Source of the DNA: a virus | IMG/VR virus record: IMGVR_UViG_3300021138_000007 | Span: 32,001-96,000 of that record | Length of the DNA stretch: 64,000 nucleotides | Strand: one strand, 5' to 3' | Shown: one piece after another, positions 1 to 9,746 of the stretch | How the letters are laid out: every line of letters begins with the position of its first letter | How positions within the stretch are numbered: position 1 is the stretch's first letter | Translations under genes and position numbers: made by a program | Notes under the pieces: generated by a model | The model's input: the letters and a program-made list of their open reading frames with translations, nothing else | Told to the model about the DNA's origin: nothing | The model's database searches: none

Positions 1-201
1 CCATTCATGAAGCTCATCTGCAATAATAGTCTCTTGATTAGAAAATGTTACTTTATAACAAGGTCTGTTATATTGAAACTCAGTGACTCCAGTGATTTTT
101 GTAGGAAGACCATCAGGTCCATAAACATAATCACCTACATTCAATTTTGCCATTGTGCTCCAACCATTTGTTGTCAACATAGGAGTATTAATATCAAGAG
201 C
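1..201 (-). mobile_element. Intein N-terminal splicing region in the terminase P-loop (Ala1, class 3-like)
   Basis: ALDINTPMLTTNGWSTMAKLNVGDYVYGPDG...CYKVTFSNQETIIADELHEW: blocks A and B, with Ala1 and a block-B HxW. Confidence 0.85.
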
Positions 202-930
202 TTTTCCAGAACGTCTTCCGAGTATTAAAAGCAATTCTTGAAATTTACATCCTTGTGAATTTTTATCTTCAACTTGTTTTCTTAATTCTTGGTCAAATTC
301 TAAATCATATAAAAGATCACGTTCAGTTGTGTAATTATCAAACAATTCTCTTTCCATTAATTTTTTAACAGTAGAGAGCTTTTTTTCACTTGATGCTTTA
401 TCAAGTTCATGTGCATATCGACTTTCTCTTACTTCATCAGGTAAGCGATTACAAGCCAAACAAGGTGCATTTCTAACAGCAAAAATTGAGTTTAAATTCT
501 TTCCATCTTTTCTTGCTTTCCAAGTGGCAACTTCATTATCTTTTACATAACTCCAAACACAACCATCACATCCCGCATTAATTCTTTCTTCAGCAGGAAC
601 ATCTTCAATTTCAAGATGCTGATTGCCTTCTGAACCCATATAAAAACATTTTAAAATCAAACGTTGCCAAGGATAAGGTGTTAATTTACAGAAATATGGA
701 TGCTCTAAAAAAGTAACAATATCCACTATTTGATCTGGATTAAATCTTGTTTTTTCTGGAGTATTTGGCGGAGCCACTTCAGAACGAGGGATGGGTAGTA
801 TTTCATAATCAAACCCATCCGTGTCTTCATATTGTTGAGAAAATGTTTCATCTAATGCAGCAAGTTGTCTGATTAAATCTTCATTTTTATTATCTTGTCT
901 GCGTTGTGATGTTGAATTTTTACGTGCCAT
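1..930 (-). CDS. terL: Terminase large subunit, N-terminal part (runs off the window), interrupted by an intein
   Basis: Manual translation from ATG 930: MARKNSTS...KLTPYPWQRLILK...ELLLILGRRSGK|ALDINTP; adenine-binding Q motif (YPWQ) and terminase-type Walker A GRRSGK. Missing from the ORF track because it lacks a stop in the window. Confidence 0.85.
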   Translation of the reverse strand, partial: MARKNSTSQRRQDNKNEDLIRQLAALDETFSQQYEDTDGFDYEILPIPRSEVAPPNTPEKTRFNPDQIVDIVTFLEHPYFCKLTPYPWQRLILKCFYMGSEGNQHLEIEDVPAEERINAGCDGCVWSYVKDNEVATWKARKDGKNLNSIFAVRNAPCLACNRLPDEVRESRYAHELDKASSEKKLSTVKKLMERELFDNYTTERDLLYDLEFDQELRKQVEDKNSQGCKFQELLLILGRRSGKALDINTPMLTTNGWSTMAKLNVGDYVYGPDGLPTKITGVTEFQYNRPCYKVTFSNQETIIADELHEW

Positions 931-932
931 TT

Positions 933-1688
933 TTAAATATTGCTAGATAATCTATCTCGCAACTCCTTAACTTTATTTACGATAACCTTTTTATCAGATT
1001 CGTATATCATATTATCATGAATGTCCATCAAAACTTCAAATATATTGAATTTACTTGCATCATTTAATGCTGCATCTCTTTTTTCTTTAAGATCAAGCAT
1101 ACGAGAAATAAGTCTTTCAATCATGGAAGAACGTTTGATTTTTAATTCAGGATTTTTAGTACAATCAATTGCTCGAATGTCATCAATTTCAACCAATAAA
1201 GCAATCATTGCTAATTCGTGTTCTCTGAAAAGCCATTTTTCAATATCTTTAGTGCGTTTATCATAAGCATCAATGCCTTTCATTGATATTTTTGTAAAAT
1301 TACAATGCTGTTCCATATGGGTTTGCACTTGCACCCAATTTAATTTAGCATTAAAATATTTTGCAAAAAAGTTAACAACTCTTTGTGGTTTTCTACCTTC
1401 ATCCAAATAAACATGTTCTGCTAATGTTCGATAAGGAGAAGTACATATTGAACATCTTGGTTCATGAAATTTTGGATAATCTTGATCCGCAAAATCATCA
1501 GGCGGAAGTGGTATTACTGGATTATCATCAATTGTTAATGATCTAAAAGGGCGCAAATTAACCAATTCTTCATCAGGTATATCTAAATTCGATAATTCTG
1601 GTTTTTCATATACAACAATTGTTTCTACAATATCAGCTTCCGCATTGATATTTAATATTTCTTCATTTTTATTCAAAGGTTCCTCCAT
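933..1688 (-). CDS. Hypothetical zinc-binding protein, possible small terminase subunit
   Basis: CSIC...HxxxH motif plus helical C-terminus; ends 2 nt before the terL start; TerS call is positional only. Confidence 0.4.
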   Translation of the reverse strand: MEEPLNKNEEILNINAEADIVETIVVYEKPELSNLDIPDEELVNLRPFRSLTIDDNPVIPLPPDDFADQDYPKFHEPRCSICTSPYRTLAEHVYLDEGRKPQRVVNFFAKYFNAKLNWVQVQTHMEQHCNFTKISMKGIDAYDKRTKDIEKWLFREHELAMIALLVEIDDIRAIDCTKNPELKIKRSSMIERLISRMLDLKEKRDAALNDASKFNIFEVLMDIHDNMIYESDKKVIVNKVKELRDRLSSNI

Positions 1689-1786
1689 GTATAAATATTT
1701 ATACTTAAGTCTAACTTATACAAACAAAAATACCTTGCTTTTCAGAATAGAAAAAACTACTCAAAAAACAAGGTATTTTAGAAGAA

Positions 1787-2581
1787 TTAACCAACAATTG
1801 CGCGAGTTAATCGTGCGTGTGGAGAAACTGTATCAGCAACTTTTACGAGATATTCATCTGCTAAACCGAACTGTGCAAAATTTCCTTTTTGGAATCTTGA
1901 TCCAGAACTAGTGCCAGATTCTAAATCAACATCAATAACGCCTTTCGCAGTAGAAACTTTATATTGTCCTTCTGATTCGGCTTTAAAAATTCGAGCTTGG
2001 GTTTTTTCTGCAAGCAAAACACTATTAAGCATAGCTTCTTCAATCCAAGGTTTTAATTCACCATGAAGTGTTTCGAGTGCAAATTTATCCTCTTTTGCAG
2101 CTTTTACAAGTCTACTAAAAGAGTCCAGACCCTTACGAGATAAACGCATAATCGGCTGTTCTCCAGTGGTTAATAAATTAATAAACTCATTGGTTGCAGT
2201 TGATTTTAAAGTATCTTCAATAATAGGAGCAACATCATTGTACTTAGTGGGCACAACCATAGCAGTGCGCTGTGGTTTATATGATGTTTGGGCTGTGACA
2301 ACTTCATAAACGTCTTCGACAGCAGCTTTAGCAATAGCCATGCTATAACCATCAGCAATCATCATATCAATTGCTTCATTTTCGTTGAAATCACGGCTCT
2401 TTAATTGCTGTGCTACTTGCGCAGCAACAATTCGCTCACCCTGGTCGTTTTTACGCAAACTGTTGCGCCAATTGTAAATCATGTCATCTGTTTGAGTAGA
2501 TTCAGAATAAGTCGTTCCAAGCACTGTTGTACTCTCCTTGGTATAAACCGTTTTTGTCTCTTTTACACGGCAAAATTTCAT
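1787..2581 (-). CDS. Hypothetical protein (possible virion protein)
   Basis: 264-aa ORF; no recognised domain. Confidence 0.55.
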   Translation of the reverse strand: MKFCRVKETKTVYTKESTTVLGTTYSESTQTDDMIYNWRNSLRKNDQGERIVAAQVAQQLKSRDFNENEAIDMMIADGYSMAIAKAAVEDVYEVVTAQTSYKPQRTAMVVPTKYNDVAPIIEDTLKSTATNEFINLLTTGEQPIMRLSRKGLDSFSRLVKAAKEDKFALETLHGELKPWIEEAMLNSVLLAEKTQARIFKAESEGQYKVSTAKGVIDVDLESGTSSGSRFQKGNFAQFGLADEYLVKVADTVSPHARLTRAIVG

Positions 2582-2633
2582 GCAGTAAAAGGGTATATAT
2601 AATATATTAGATATTTATAAAGGAATATTCCTT

Positions 2634-3230
2634 TTATATGATAAAATCTTCAGAAATTAATTCTTTTATTTTATGAATAGCTCTTTGAAGCCTTTTACAA
2701 AATGAAGCCTGTGTAATATTTAATTTAGCAGCAGCTTCGACTTGAGTATAATTCTGAAAAAAATACAAATCAATCGCCTCTTTTTGTCTAGGATTCATTT
2801 TATTAAGGGCATTATTGATCAATTCTGTATATTTGATTTTATTGAATGGATCACCATCATCTGTGGGTTGCCATGATTCAGGCATTTCGCTAAATGTAAT
2901 TTCTTCTATACCATTGCCAGAAGTATTTTGGCCCAAAAATTGTTTTCTGCATCTTGATAAAATGATATAATCAATTCGAGTGGAAAGAAAATAACTAAAA
3001 TATGATAATTCTGGGTCATATTGCATAGCAATTTGATGTAAAGCTAAAATAGATTCTTGTTCTACATCTTCTTTATACTTGATCAACTTTGAATCTTTGC
3101 TTAAACATCGAGAAACAGACGCTTTTAAAAGCGGATCATAAAATTCACATAATTCAGATAAAGCTTCTGAATCATCCAACTTAACTTTATTTACAAGTTC
3201 ATTTATATAAAAATAATGACTTTCTAACAA
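2634..3230 (-). CDS. Sigma-70 family RNA polymerase sigma factor (regions 2 and 4)
   Basis: EDVEQESILAL...YDPELSYFSYFL (region 2); MNPRQKEAIDLYFFQNYTQVEAAAKLNITQ (region 4 HTH). Confidence 0.85.
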   Translation of the reverse strand: MLESHYFYINELVNKVKLDDSEALSELCEFYDPLLKASVSRCLSKDSKLIKYKEDVEQESILALHQIAMQYDPELSYFSYFLSTRIDYIILSRCRKQFLGQNTSGNGIEEITFSEMPESWQPTDDGDPFNKIKYTELINNALNKMNPRQKEAIDLYFFQNYTQVEAAAKLNITQASFCKRLQRAIHKIKELISEDFII

Positions 3231-3307
3231 ATTAATACCCTCAAAATATTATACTGTTAAAAAGTCATTATTGCCTGCAATGATCACATTTTTAATGATT
3301 GTTTAAC

Positions 3308-4441
3308 TTACACAATCATTGGTTTTAGAGGTTGTAAGTAAATTTTAGCACTAGATAGAGCTAAAGCTAAATATGGATAAACGATTTCCGTTGATATACC
3401 ATTTCTTAAATCCATTAATGCATTAAGAACGGCTTGATATTGCCCTGTCAATTTATTTATATTTGTTTCATTACAACTTTCTATTGCTTTAATTACTCTA
3501 TATGTATTTACAATATTAACTTTGGGCAAGTTTTCTAAAGGAATAGGTTCCCAATTATTATCAAGATATTTCCCATATGTATTTGCTTCTGATAATTTAT
3601 CCACAATATCATTTGGATTTGATATGCCACAGTCCAAATGCGTTTTAACATCAATCAAAAATTCAATTTGTGACAACAAAAGCCATAAAGAACTTTCTGA
3701 AGATTTTTCATATAACATGGAATGCAAAAATCGATAAATGCTAGAGCTATTACCAGAATTACACGTAGATATAAAAGACCAAACATCTTTTGAATGATCA
3801 AATTTGCAAATATTTTTCACATAATCAACAGTAATTTTACTCTTTTCGTATTTACATAAACAAATTAATTTATCTAACTCGGATTCCAGAACATCTAAAT
3901 CGTAAATCTCTTGATCTTTTTTAGTTGAGCCAGACTTTATCTTTTGAATAGATGTAGGAGCATTATTCAAAAGATAAAGTAAAGCATCATTTTCTATAGT
4001 CACACCAACGCCAGATTGCCACTCCATTAAATGTGATTTAAGACCATTTCTATCGCCAGCAATAATAAATGGGCAATACATAATACGCTTGGCCTTATTT
4101 GCCGCAGTGGTGAAACCCATACGACCATCCAAAGAATCTCCAGGTGTGCTTATAACCAAAGCAGGAACTGTTAATAAATTATCATTGATAATTTCAGCAA
4201 TCACTTTTATTTGATTTGCTGAAGGATTGTTAATCCACACAGCGGGAATTTCCTCAAAAAAATTACTAGCCGTTAAATGTGTGCGTAAGTCAGAGCAAGA
4301 ATCATTTTTGTCTAACCTTACTTTTGATTTAGCGCCCGATTCTTGTATGATTGAATATGACAATAGCCTCACCATGCAGGGATCGCCTCCATAAATATGA
4401 ACGCGATCCCAACAGGTACTAATCTTCGTTTTCTTCGTCAT
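3308..4441 (-). CDS. holA: DNA polymerase III delta subunit-like clamp loader
   Basis: DLDVLESELDKL...ITVDYVKNI...DVWSFI pattern typical of delta; adjacent to dnaN and dnaX; true start may be internal. Confidence 0.7.
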   Translation of the reverse strand: MTKKTKISTCWDRVHIYGGDPCMVRLLSYSIIQESGAKSKVRLDKNDSCSDLRTHLTASNFFEEIPAVWINNPSANQIKVIAEIINDNLLTVPALVISTPGDSLDGRMGFTTAANKAKRIMYCPFIIAGDRNGLKSHLMEWQSGVGVTIENDALLYLLNNAPTSIQKIKSGSTKKDQEIYDLDVLESELDKLICLCKYEKSKITVDYVKNICKFDHSKDVWSFISTCNSGNSSSIYRFLHSMLYEKSSESSLWLLLSQIEFLIDVKTHLDCGISNPNDIVDKLSEANTYGKYLDNNWEPIPLENLPKVNIVNTYRVIKAIESCNETNINKLTGQYQAVLNALMDLRNGISTEIVYPYLALALSSAKIYLQPLKPMIV

Positions 4442-5600
4442 CGGTCTCTTCTACGTTATCTTCTTCGTCTTCGTCGTCATTTTTAAGAACTCTAAACAAT
4501 AGATGTTCGTAATTATCTTGTTTAAGAACTAATCCCATAGTATCTGTGGAAATTTCAATAAATGAAAGAATTACCCAAGGTTCTGTGATTGATTCTAGAC
4601 CTTGATGTAAATATTTACACACAACACGAATTTCCGCCTTACCATCTTGCTCCTGAGTAGTTACAGATAATTGAGCCGCTCCGCGATCCTTTTCAAGAGC
4701 TGAAATTTTTAATCCTTTATCAGAAAGATTTAAAACAACAGAACTGTCTTTTGCCAGCATAGAAATCATTTTTACAGCACTTAACAAATCACCCTTGCTA
4801 ATTTTTGCACTAGCAACTTCTTTTTTGCTTAAAATTGCACTAAAAGAATTAAACGGTTTATTGATGCTGTTTTCTAAACTTGTTGTAAAAACAACGTCAT
4901 CCCACTCTAACCTGACATGTTTATTTGTTGATCTAACTAATACATCATCAACGTTCTCTAAAAGCTTAGATAAAATAATCGCAGTTTCTCGAGGTAATAA
5001 AAACTCCACAGGAGGATGATTAATATCATCAATCTCTATTTGATATGAAGATAAGCGAAAATGTTTATCGGTGGATTCGGCGCTCAAAGATTTGCCGTCT
5101 AACTTGAGTTTAACAGCAGTGTATGGAGTATCACTATTAATGACAGAAACACAAAATGCAGTGTGCTTTAAAGCCGCAGAAAGTGTTTTACCAGAAATGT
5201 TAAAAGAATTCGAAGGTTTAGTAAAGCTATAGGGTATAAAACTATCTATATCTCCTGTTGGTAATAGGAATTTGGATTTTTTGTCAAGTGATTGAATTAA
5301 AAATTCCGCAGTACCCGAATTATAGATAAATTCAATTTCTTCTTCTTTAAATGAATTAATAAGTTCTACAATAGCTTGTCCAGAAACAGTAAAACCTTCT
5401 TTCTCATCAGCTTCAAGATCATCACACGGAAGCGCGATTGTTTGTTCTGCTGTTGTACTTATGGAAGAAACATAAAGTTGTCCATTTTTTTCTTGAAAAA
5501 GAAAATCAGAATCTGCACTGTTTTTTGCTTTTGTATTACATGTTTGTAAAGCTTGTTTTAATGTCCACAATGCAACAGTACGTGTTAAAGTAAATTTCAT
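4419..5600 (-). CDS. dnaN: DNA polymerase III beta sliding clamp
   Basis: MKFTL start, STDKHFRLS (ATDGHRL-like), three-domain length, acidic tail. Confidence 0.85.
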   Translation of the reverse strand: MKFTLTRTVALWTLKQALQTCNTKAKNSADSDFLFQEKNGQLYVSSISTTAEQTIALPCDDLEADEKEGFTVSGQAIVELINSFKEEEIEFIYNSGTAEFLIQSLDKKSKFLLPTGDIDSFIPYSFTKPSNSFNISGKTLSAALKHTAFCVSVINSDTPYTAVKLKLDGKSLSAESTDKHFRLSSYQIEIDDINHPPVEFLLPRETAIILSKLLENVDDVLVRSTNKHVRLEWDDVVFTTSLENSINKPFNSFSAILSKKEVASAKISKGDLLSAVKMISMLAKDSSVVLNLSDKGLKISALEKDRGAAQLSVTTQEQDGKAEIRVVCKYLHQGLESITEPWVILSFIEISTDTMGLVLKQDNYEHLLFRVLKNDDEDEEDNVEETDDEENED

Positions 5601-5655
5601 ATTTTTTGTTCCTTAAAATAATGCATACTATATTATCGAACCTTTTTGACTAAAT

Positions 5656-6306
5656 TTAAGGCCAATTTTCACTTTCTTCTTTTTCAAGAAGGAATTGGCT
5701 ATAAACTTCTTTAGCTTTTTTGCGTATTCTAGTTAATGCATTATCAACAGCTTTTTGCTGAATACCTAATCTTTCTGCTATATCTTTATAGGTGGAATCG
5801 TAGGCACACTCAGAATAAACTGCTTCTTCTAACATTGTTAATTTTTCACACAATCTTTGACTAATTTCCCTATATTCATCTTGAGCCAACATATTGTCTG
5901 TAATGGAAATACCATCGTCTTGTATGGTATTTGCTAAAGATTGTACCATATCATCGTCTGTAATAATTAAAGGCGCATCTAAAGAAATAGCCAAATTGTG
6001 ATGTTTATACTTAAAGCGGAATGATTGAGTTAAAGAAGTTTTTAATTGCCTTTTAACACAAACGTTAATAGCAAAATTCTCCCAACTTGCTCCGCCTTCT
6101 TCTTCAAAAGCATTTACTGCTTTTGAAACAGCAATTCTGCATTCTTGTAAAATGTCTTCTTTGTCTAAACCTGCTATATATATACTAGATGCAATCTTTT
6201 TTAGCTTAGGCTCTAAGCTTTTAAGAAGGCTATCAAATGATGCATTGTCGCCATTTTTGGCGGATCGGATTAATAATAATGTCCGTATATCGTGATTGTT
6301 TGACAA
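5656..6306 (-). CDS. sigH: SigH-like RNA polymerase sigma factor
   Basis: YIAGLDKEDILQE, CVKRQL, ISLD and YKDIAERL...KAVDNALTRIRKK are diagnostic of the SigH group. Confidence 0.85.
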   Translation of the reverse strand: MSNNHDIRTLLLIRSAKNGDNASFDSLLKSLEPKLKKIASSIYIAGLDKEDILQECRIAVSKAVNAFEEEGGASWENFAINVCVKRQLKTSLTQSFRFKYKHHNLAISLDAPLIITDDDMVQSLANTIQDDGISITDNMLAQDEYREISQRLCEKLTMLEEAVYSECAYDSTYKDIAERLGIQQKAVDNALTRIRKKAKEVYSQFLLEKEESENWP

Positions 6307-6383
6307 TCTTTTCTCCTCACGGCATTCAAACGCATATAAAACTTTATGTTTACTTTAACGTTTGAGGCCGCGAGAAAAAATTT

Positions 6384-7472
6384 CTAAGCAGTCTCCTTAT
6401 CTTTAGACTTTGCAAACGAATCAATAACTTTTAACAGTCCAGCTTTAACTGCCAAATCTGCCGTAACATTCTGCCGTATTTTATTTATTATCTCAAATAA
6501 ACTATCTATCATTACCACAATTTGTTGTGGTGGAAACATATTATACAATTGATTTACTTCAAAATCTCTTTCTTCTTCAGAAATTTTCAATAATCTATAT
6601 TCAACAAGTTTCATTAGATTACGTGCTGATTCTTCTATGAGCATAGATAAGTCTCTGCCTTCGTTGTGTGCTTGCTCAATAATCTTAAAAGCATTGGCTC
6701 TTTTACATTCTCCAATTGCTTTTAATAAATCAATAGAAAGCATTTTTGGTCCTCTGCCAATAATAGCACGAATGTTGACTTCATTAATACCAATATCCTT
6801 GCTTTGTTCTAAAATAACAAGTGCTGTACGACTGGACCCTTGTGATGATTCTACAATTAATTTCAATGCATTTTCTTCATAATCATATCCTTCTAATTCG
6901 CATACGCGCTTCAAAATTCTTAATTGATCTTTATCGGATACGCGAGTAAGTTGATGCCATTGACAGCGACTTCTAATAGCAGGAATTACCTTTGTTGGAT
7001 CAGTAGTACAAAGAAAGAATACTACATATTCAGGTGGCTCTTCAACTGTTTTAAGTAATGATTCTTGGGCGGCTTTAGTGAGATTATGAGATTCATCCAT
7101 AATGAAAATTCGATAATTGCCTTGCGAAGGCGTGATGCGCATTTTCTCTGCAATCATCTGACGTGCTTCATCTACACCGCCATTTGTCGCACAGTTGATT
7201 TCCATTACATCTCTATGTCGATCATTTTTAATAGATTTGCAATTTGAACATGTATTGCAAGGGTTTATATCTCCTTCTGCTCTTTGTTCGCACATTAGGG
7301 CCATAGCCATGATTCTTGCCAGAGTAGTTTTACCTGTTCCTGGAGGTCCAGAAAATAAATAGGCAGAAACAGTATTGTCTAAAGCCAATTGTGCTTTTAA
7401 AACTTTAGCTACATGTTCCTGCGCAACATCTTCAAAATAAGTTGGTCGATATTTATTGTATAGTGTTATCAT
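6384..7472 (-). CDS. dnaX: DNA polymerase III gamma/tau subunit
   Basis: LYNKYRP, GPPGTGKTT, Cys4 zinc module, MDESH, IRSRC (SRC motif). Confidence 0.95.
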   Translation of the reverse strand: MITLYNKYRPTYFEDVAQEHVAKVLKAQLALDNTVSAYLFSGPPGTGKTTLARIMAMALMCEQRAEGDINPCNTCSNCKSIKNDRHRDVMEINCATNGGVDEARQMIAEKMRITPSQGNYRIFIMDESHNLTKAAQESLLKTVEEPPEYVVFFLCTTDPTKVIPAIRSRCQWHQLTRVSDKDQLRILKRVCELEGYDYEENALKLIVESSQGSSRTALVILEQSKDIGINEVNIRAIIGRGPKMLSIDLLKAIGECKRANAFKIIEQAHNEGRDLSMLIEESARNLMKLVEYRLLKISEEERDFEVNQLYNMFPPQQIVVMIDSLFEIINKIRQNVTADLAVKAGLLKVIDSFAKSKDKETA

Positions 7473-7545
7473 AATTTGATATTTTAGTTGTTTTTACTTG
7501 AAAATTGTCGGAGAATATTCAAATTCTCCGACAATTTTCAAGAAG

Positions 7546-8052
7546 TTATAGTGTTGAATCTGATTCGTCTTCTTCTTCCAAAGGTGGAGGAGGAATAGGC
7601 AGTGGATCATCCGCAAGCATATCAGGCAAAGTATCGCTCTTTTCCCAGTATGGGCCAATGTGTGCTAAAGACATGTATTCTTGGATAAATCCATGATCTT
7701 GAATATCATATTTCTTTAATTTGCCATCCATAGCTGGCTCAACATTACATAGCAACTTAAATACAGCCCATTGCTTTGAACTTGGACCTAATTGCGACCA
7801 TTCGTTACCCCAGGCCGACAAACAGTATAACTTATGATTTTTGCCATCTTTAGCAAGAATTGCCTTTACCCAAGGATTAGAAATTCCACTAAGAGAAATT
7901 ACTTTAGCTTTCTTAGGCTTGTCGCCAATCATCTCTGCAAAATAAATAAGTTCCAAGTCAATGTGACCGAGAAATAGATAATAACGATCTTTAAGTTTAG
8001 TTGCTAATTCTAGCAATTCGTGTGATTCAATATATGTTACGTCTTTTGCCAT
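7546..8052 (-). CDS. Phage metallopeptidase-like fold protein, apparently lacking HExxH
   Basis: WSQLGPSSKQWAVFKLLCNV...KKYDIQD resembles WxxL...ALxxHELxH...HDxE of phage metallopeptidases, without the zinc ligands. Confidence 0.4.
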   Translation of the reverse strand: MAKDVTYIESHELLELATKLKDRYYLFLGHIDLELIYFAEMIGDKPKKAKVISLSGISNPWVKAILAKDGKNHKLYCLSAWGNEWSQLGPSSKQWAVFKLLCNVEPAMDGKLKKYDIQDHGFIQEYMSLAHIGPYWEKSDTLPDMLADDPLPIPPPPLEEEDESDSTL

Positions 8053-8126
8053 TTTTATTTTTCCGTGTGCTCAATTGAGCTATTTTTATTATCGTGCTTT
8101 TTTGTTAATTTATTTGATATTTTGAT

Positions 8127-8603
8127 TTAATTAGTGCCTGTAGAACCGAATCCGCCTGAACGATTAGATTGATTTCGATTTAAATTGTCGTCAAAATCCT
8201 CAACTAATTCAACTTCAGGAAGTTGATTAAGCACCATCTGTGCGATTCGATCACCGCGATTAACAACGAAAGGCTGTTTGCCTTCATTGCGAAGTAAAAC
8301 TACAATTTCAAATTTTTCTCCATCGCCATCGTAGTCAGCGTCCACAGTTCCTGGAGTATTCTGAACAGTAATTTGATGCTTAAAAGCCAAGCCAGAACGT
8401 GGACGTATTTGCAATTCGTAATTTGCAGGAAATCTTGTATTAATTCCTGTTTTAATAGGGTGCATCTCATTCGGAGGAATAATTACAGACTCACCTTCTG
8501 GCGTCCAAGCATATAAATCAAATCCAGAGGATAAATCACTACCACGAGTTGGCAATGTTGCTCCATCTCTAAAACGACGTACTTTAAGTAAAGCTTTATT
8601 CAT
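8127..8603 (-). CDS. dut: Trimeric dUTPase
   Basis: SGFDL, RPRSGLA, GTVDADY, RIAQ and RSGGFGSTG (motifs I-V). Confidence 0.97.
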   Translation of the reverse strand: MNKALLKVRRFRDGATLPTRGSDLSSGFDLYAWTPEGESVIIPPNEMHPIKTGINTRFPANYELQIRPRSGLAFKHQITVQNTPGTVDADYDGDGEKFEIVVLLRNEGKQPFVVNRGDRIAQMVLNQLPEVELVEDFDDNLNRNQSNRSGGFGSTGTN

Positions 8604-9030
8604 TATTATTATTGTTCCTTTTATATTTAAATTTTTCTTTAGGTTTTAATACAATTTCTTCTGTATTTGTATCAATATTTGGTTTATTTTTGATGTTTTT
8701 AGGTTTATTTTTAAGTAACATTTCCGCTGTTACTTCCTGTTCTTTTGGATCAACCAATAACCTAACAGGGTCAGTTCTTGATCTTAATTGTGTCGCAAAA
8801 TTAATCATTTCTTTAGAAGTTAATGGGCGATTAAGACCAATTAGTTTTTGTATATCTTCTTGAGATAAAGGCGCACGAAATAGTTTTTTAGTTTCTATTT
8901 CTCTTAATAGAAGAATTATGCTATTAGCATAACCTGGAGATTCATCGTCAGTTTCTGAGTGATCTTCAATAAATTCTTCTACTTGCGCATCAATAATTTT
9001 GCAAGTCACTTCTCTTAGTGCATTAGTCAT
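8596..9030 (-). CDS. Hypothetical protein
   Basis: 144-aa ORF with a Shine-Dalgarno (GGTAGGA), overlapping the dut start. Confidence 0.6.
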   Translation of the reverse strand: MTNALREVTCKIIDAQVEEFIEDHSETDDESPGYANSIILLLREIETKKLFRAPLSQEDIQKLIGLNRPLTSKEMINFATQLRSRTDPVRLLVDPKEQEVTAEMLLKNKPKNIKNKPNIDTNTEEIVLKPKEKFKYKRNNNNNE

Positions 9031-9102
9031 ATTATTCCTACCTTTTGTTTTTTAATGATAAAATATCTTTCTAATTTTAATTTAGAAAGATATTTTATAC
9101 AA

Positions 9103-9645
9103 CTAGGAAGTGTGTTTAGGCATAATGACCATTGTCATGAATTTACCTTCTAATTTAATAGGTGTTTCTACTTGAGCCTGATCTTTAAGCCATTCTACGA
9201 GTTTATTGAATTTTTCTTCACCGATTTTAGGGTGTTGAAGTTCTCTTGTTGAGAATTTACATGTGAATTTAATTTTATCTCCTTCTTTAAGTAAATTCTC
9301 TGATTTATTTGCAATTGTGCGCAAATCATGATCCGCAATATTGGGACCAAATTTTAACTCTTTTGTCTCTTGAATGTGTTTGCGATTCTCTCGTTTGCGT
9401 TTAGATTCAAGATATTTAAGCTTTCCATAATCAGCAATTTTGCAGACAGGAGGATTTGCACTTTCGGATACAAGAATTAAGTCTAGGCTTTTTTCTCTAG
9501 CCATATTAAGTGCTTGCCTTGATGTCATAAGGCCAATTACTTTACCTTCAGCATCAACAACTCTCATATCTGGGATACGGAGTAAACGTTCATTGATGTT
9601 AGGTGCTGGTTCACGTCGAGGTCGATTGTTATTAAATTGAGAAAT
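9103..9645 (-). CDS. infC: Translation initiation factor IF-3 with ATT start codon
   Basis: LDLILVS...PPVCKIADYGKLKY, KELKF, GDKIK; frame extends 26 codons upstream of the tracked ATG (through NINER) to ATT 9645, 6 nt after AAGGAG. Confidence 0.93.
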   Translation of the reverse strand: MSQFNNNRPRREPAPNINERLLRIPDMRVVDAEGKVIGLMTSRQALNMAREKSLDLILVSESANPPVCKIADYGKLKYLESKRKRENRKHIQETKELKFGPNIADHDLRTIANKSENLLKEGDKIKFTCKFSTRELQHPKIGEEKFNKLVEWLKDQAQVETPIKLEGKFMTMVIMPKHTS

Positions 9646-9710
9646 GGTAAACTCCTTTATTTTTCATAATTATATATACGCTCATTGAGTGCAAAAAATT
9701 ACACTCTTTT

Positions 9711-9743
9711 AAAGAAAAGGGAGAGATTTTCTCCCTTTTCTTT
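9711..9743 (-). terminator. Intrinsic terminator after nrdJ
   Basis: AAAGAAAAGGGAGA-N5-TCTCCCTTTTCTTT hairpin just past the stop at 9747. Confidence 0.7.
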
Positions 9744-9746
9744 AAA

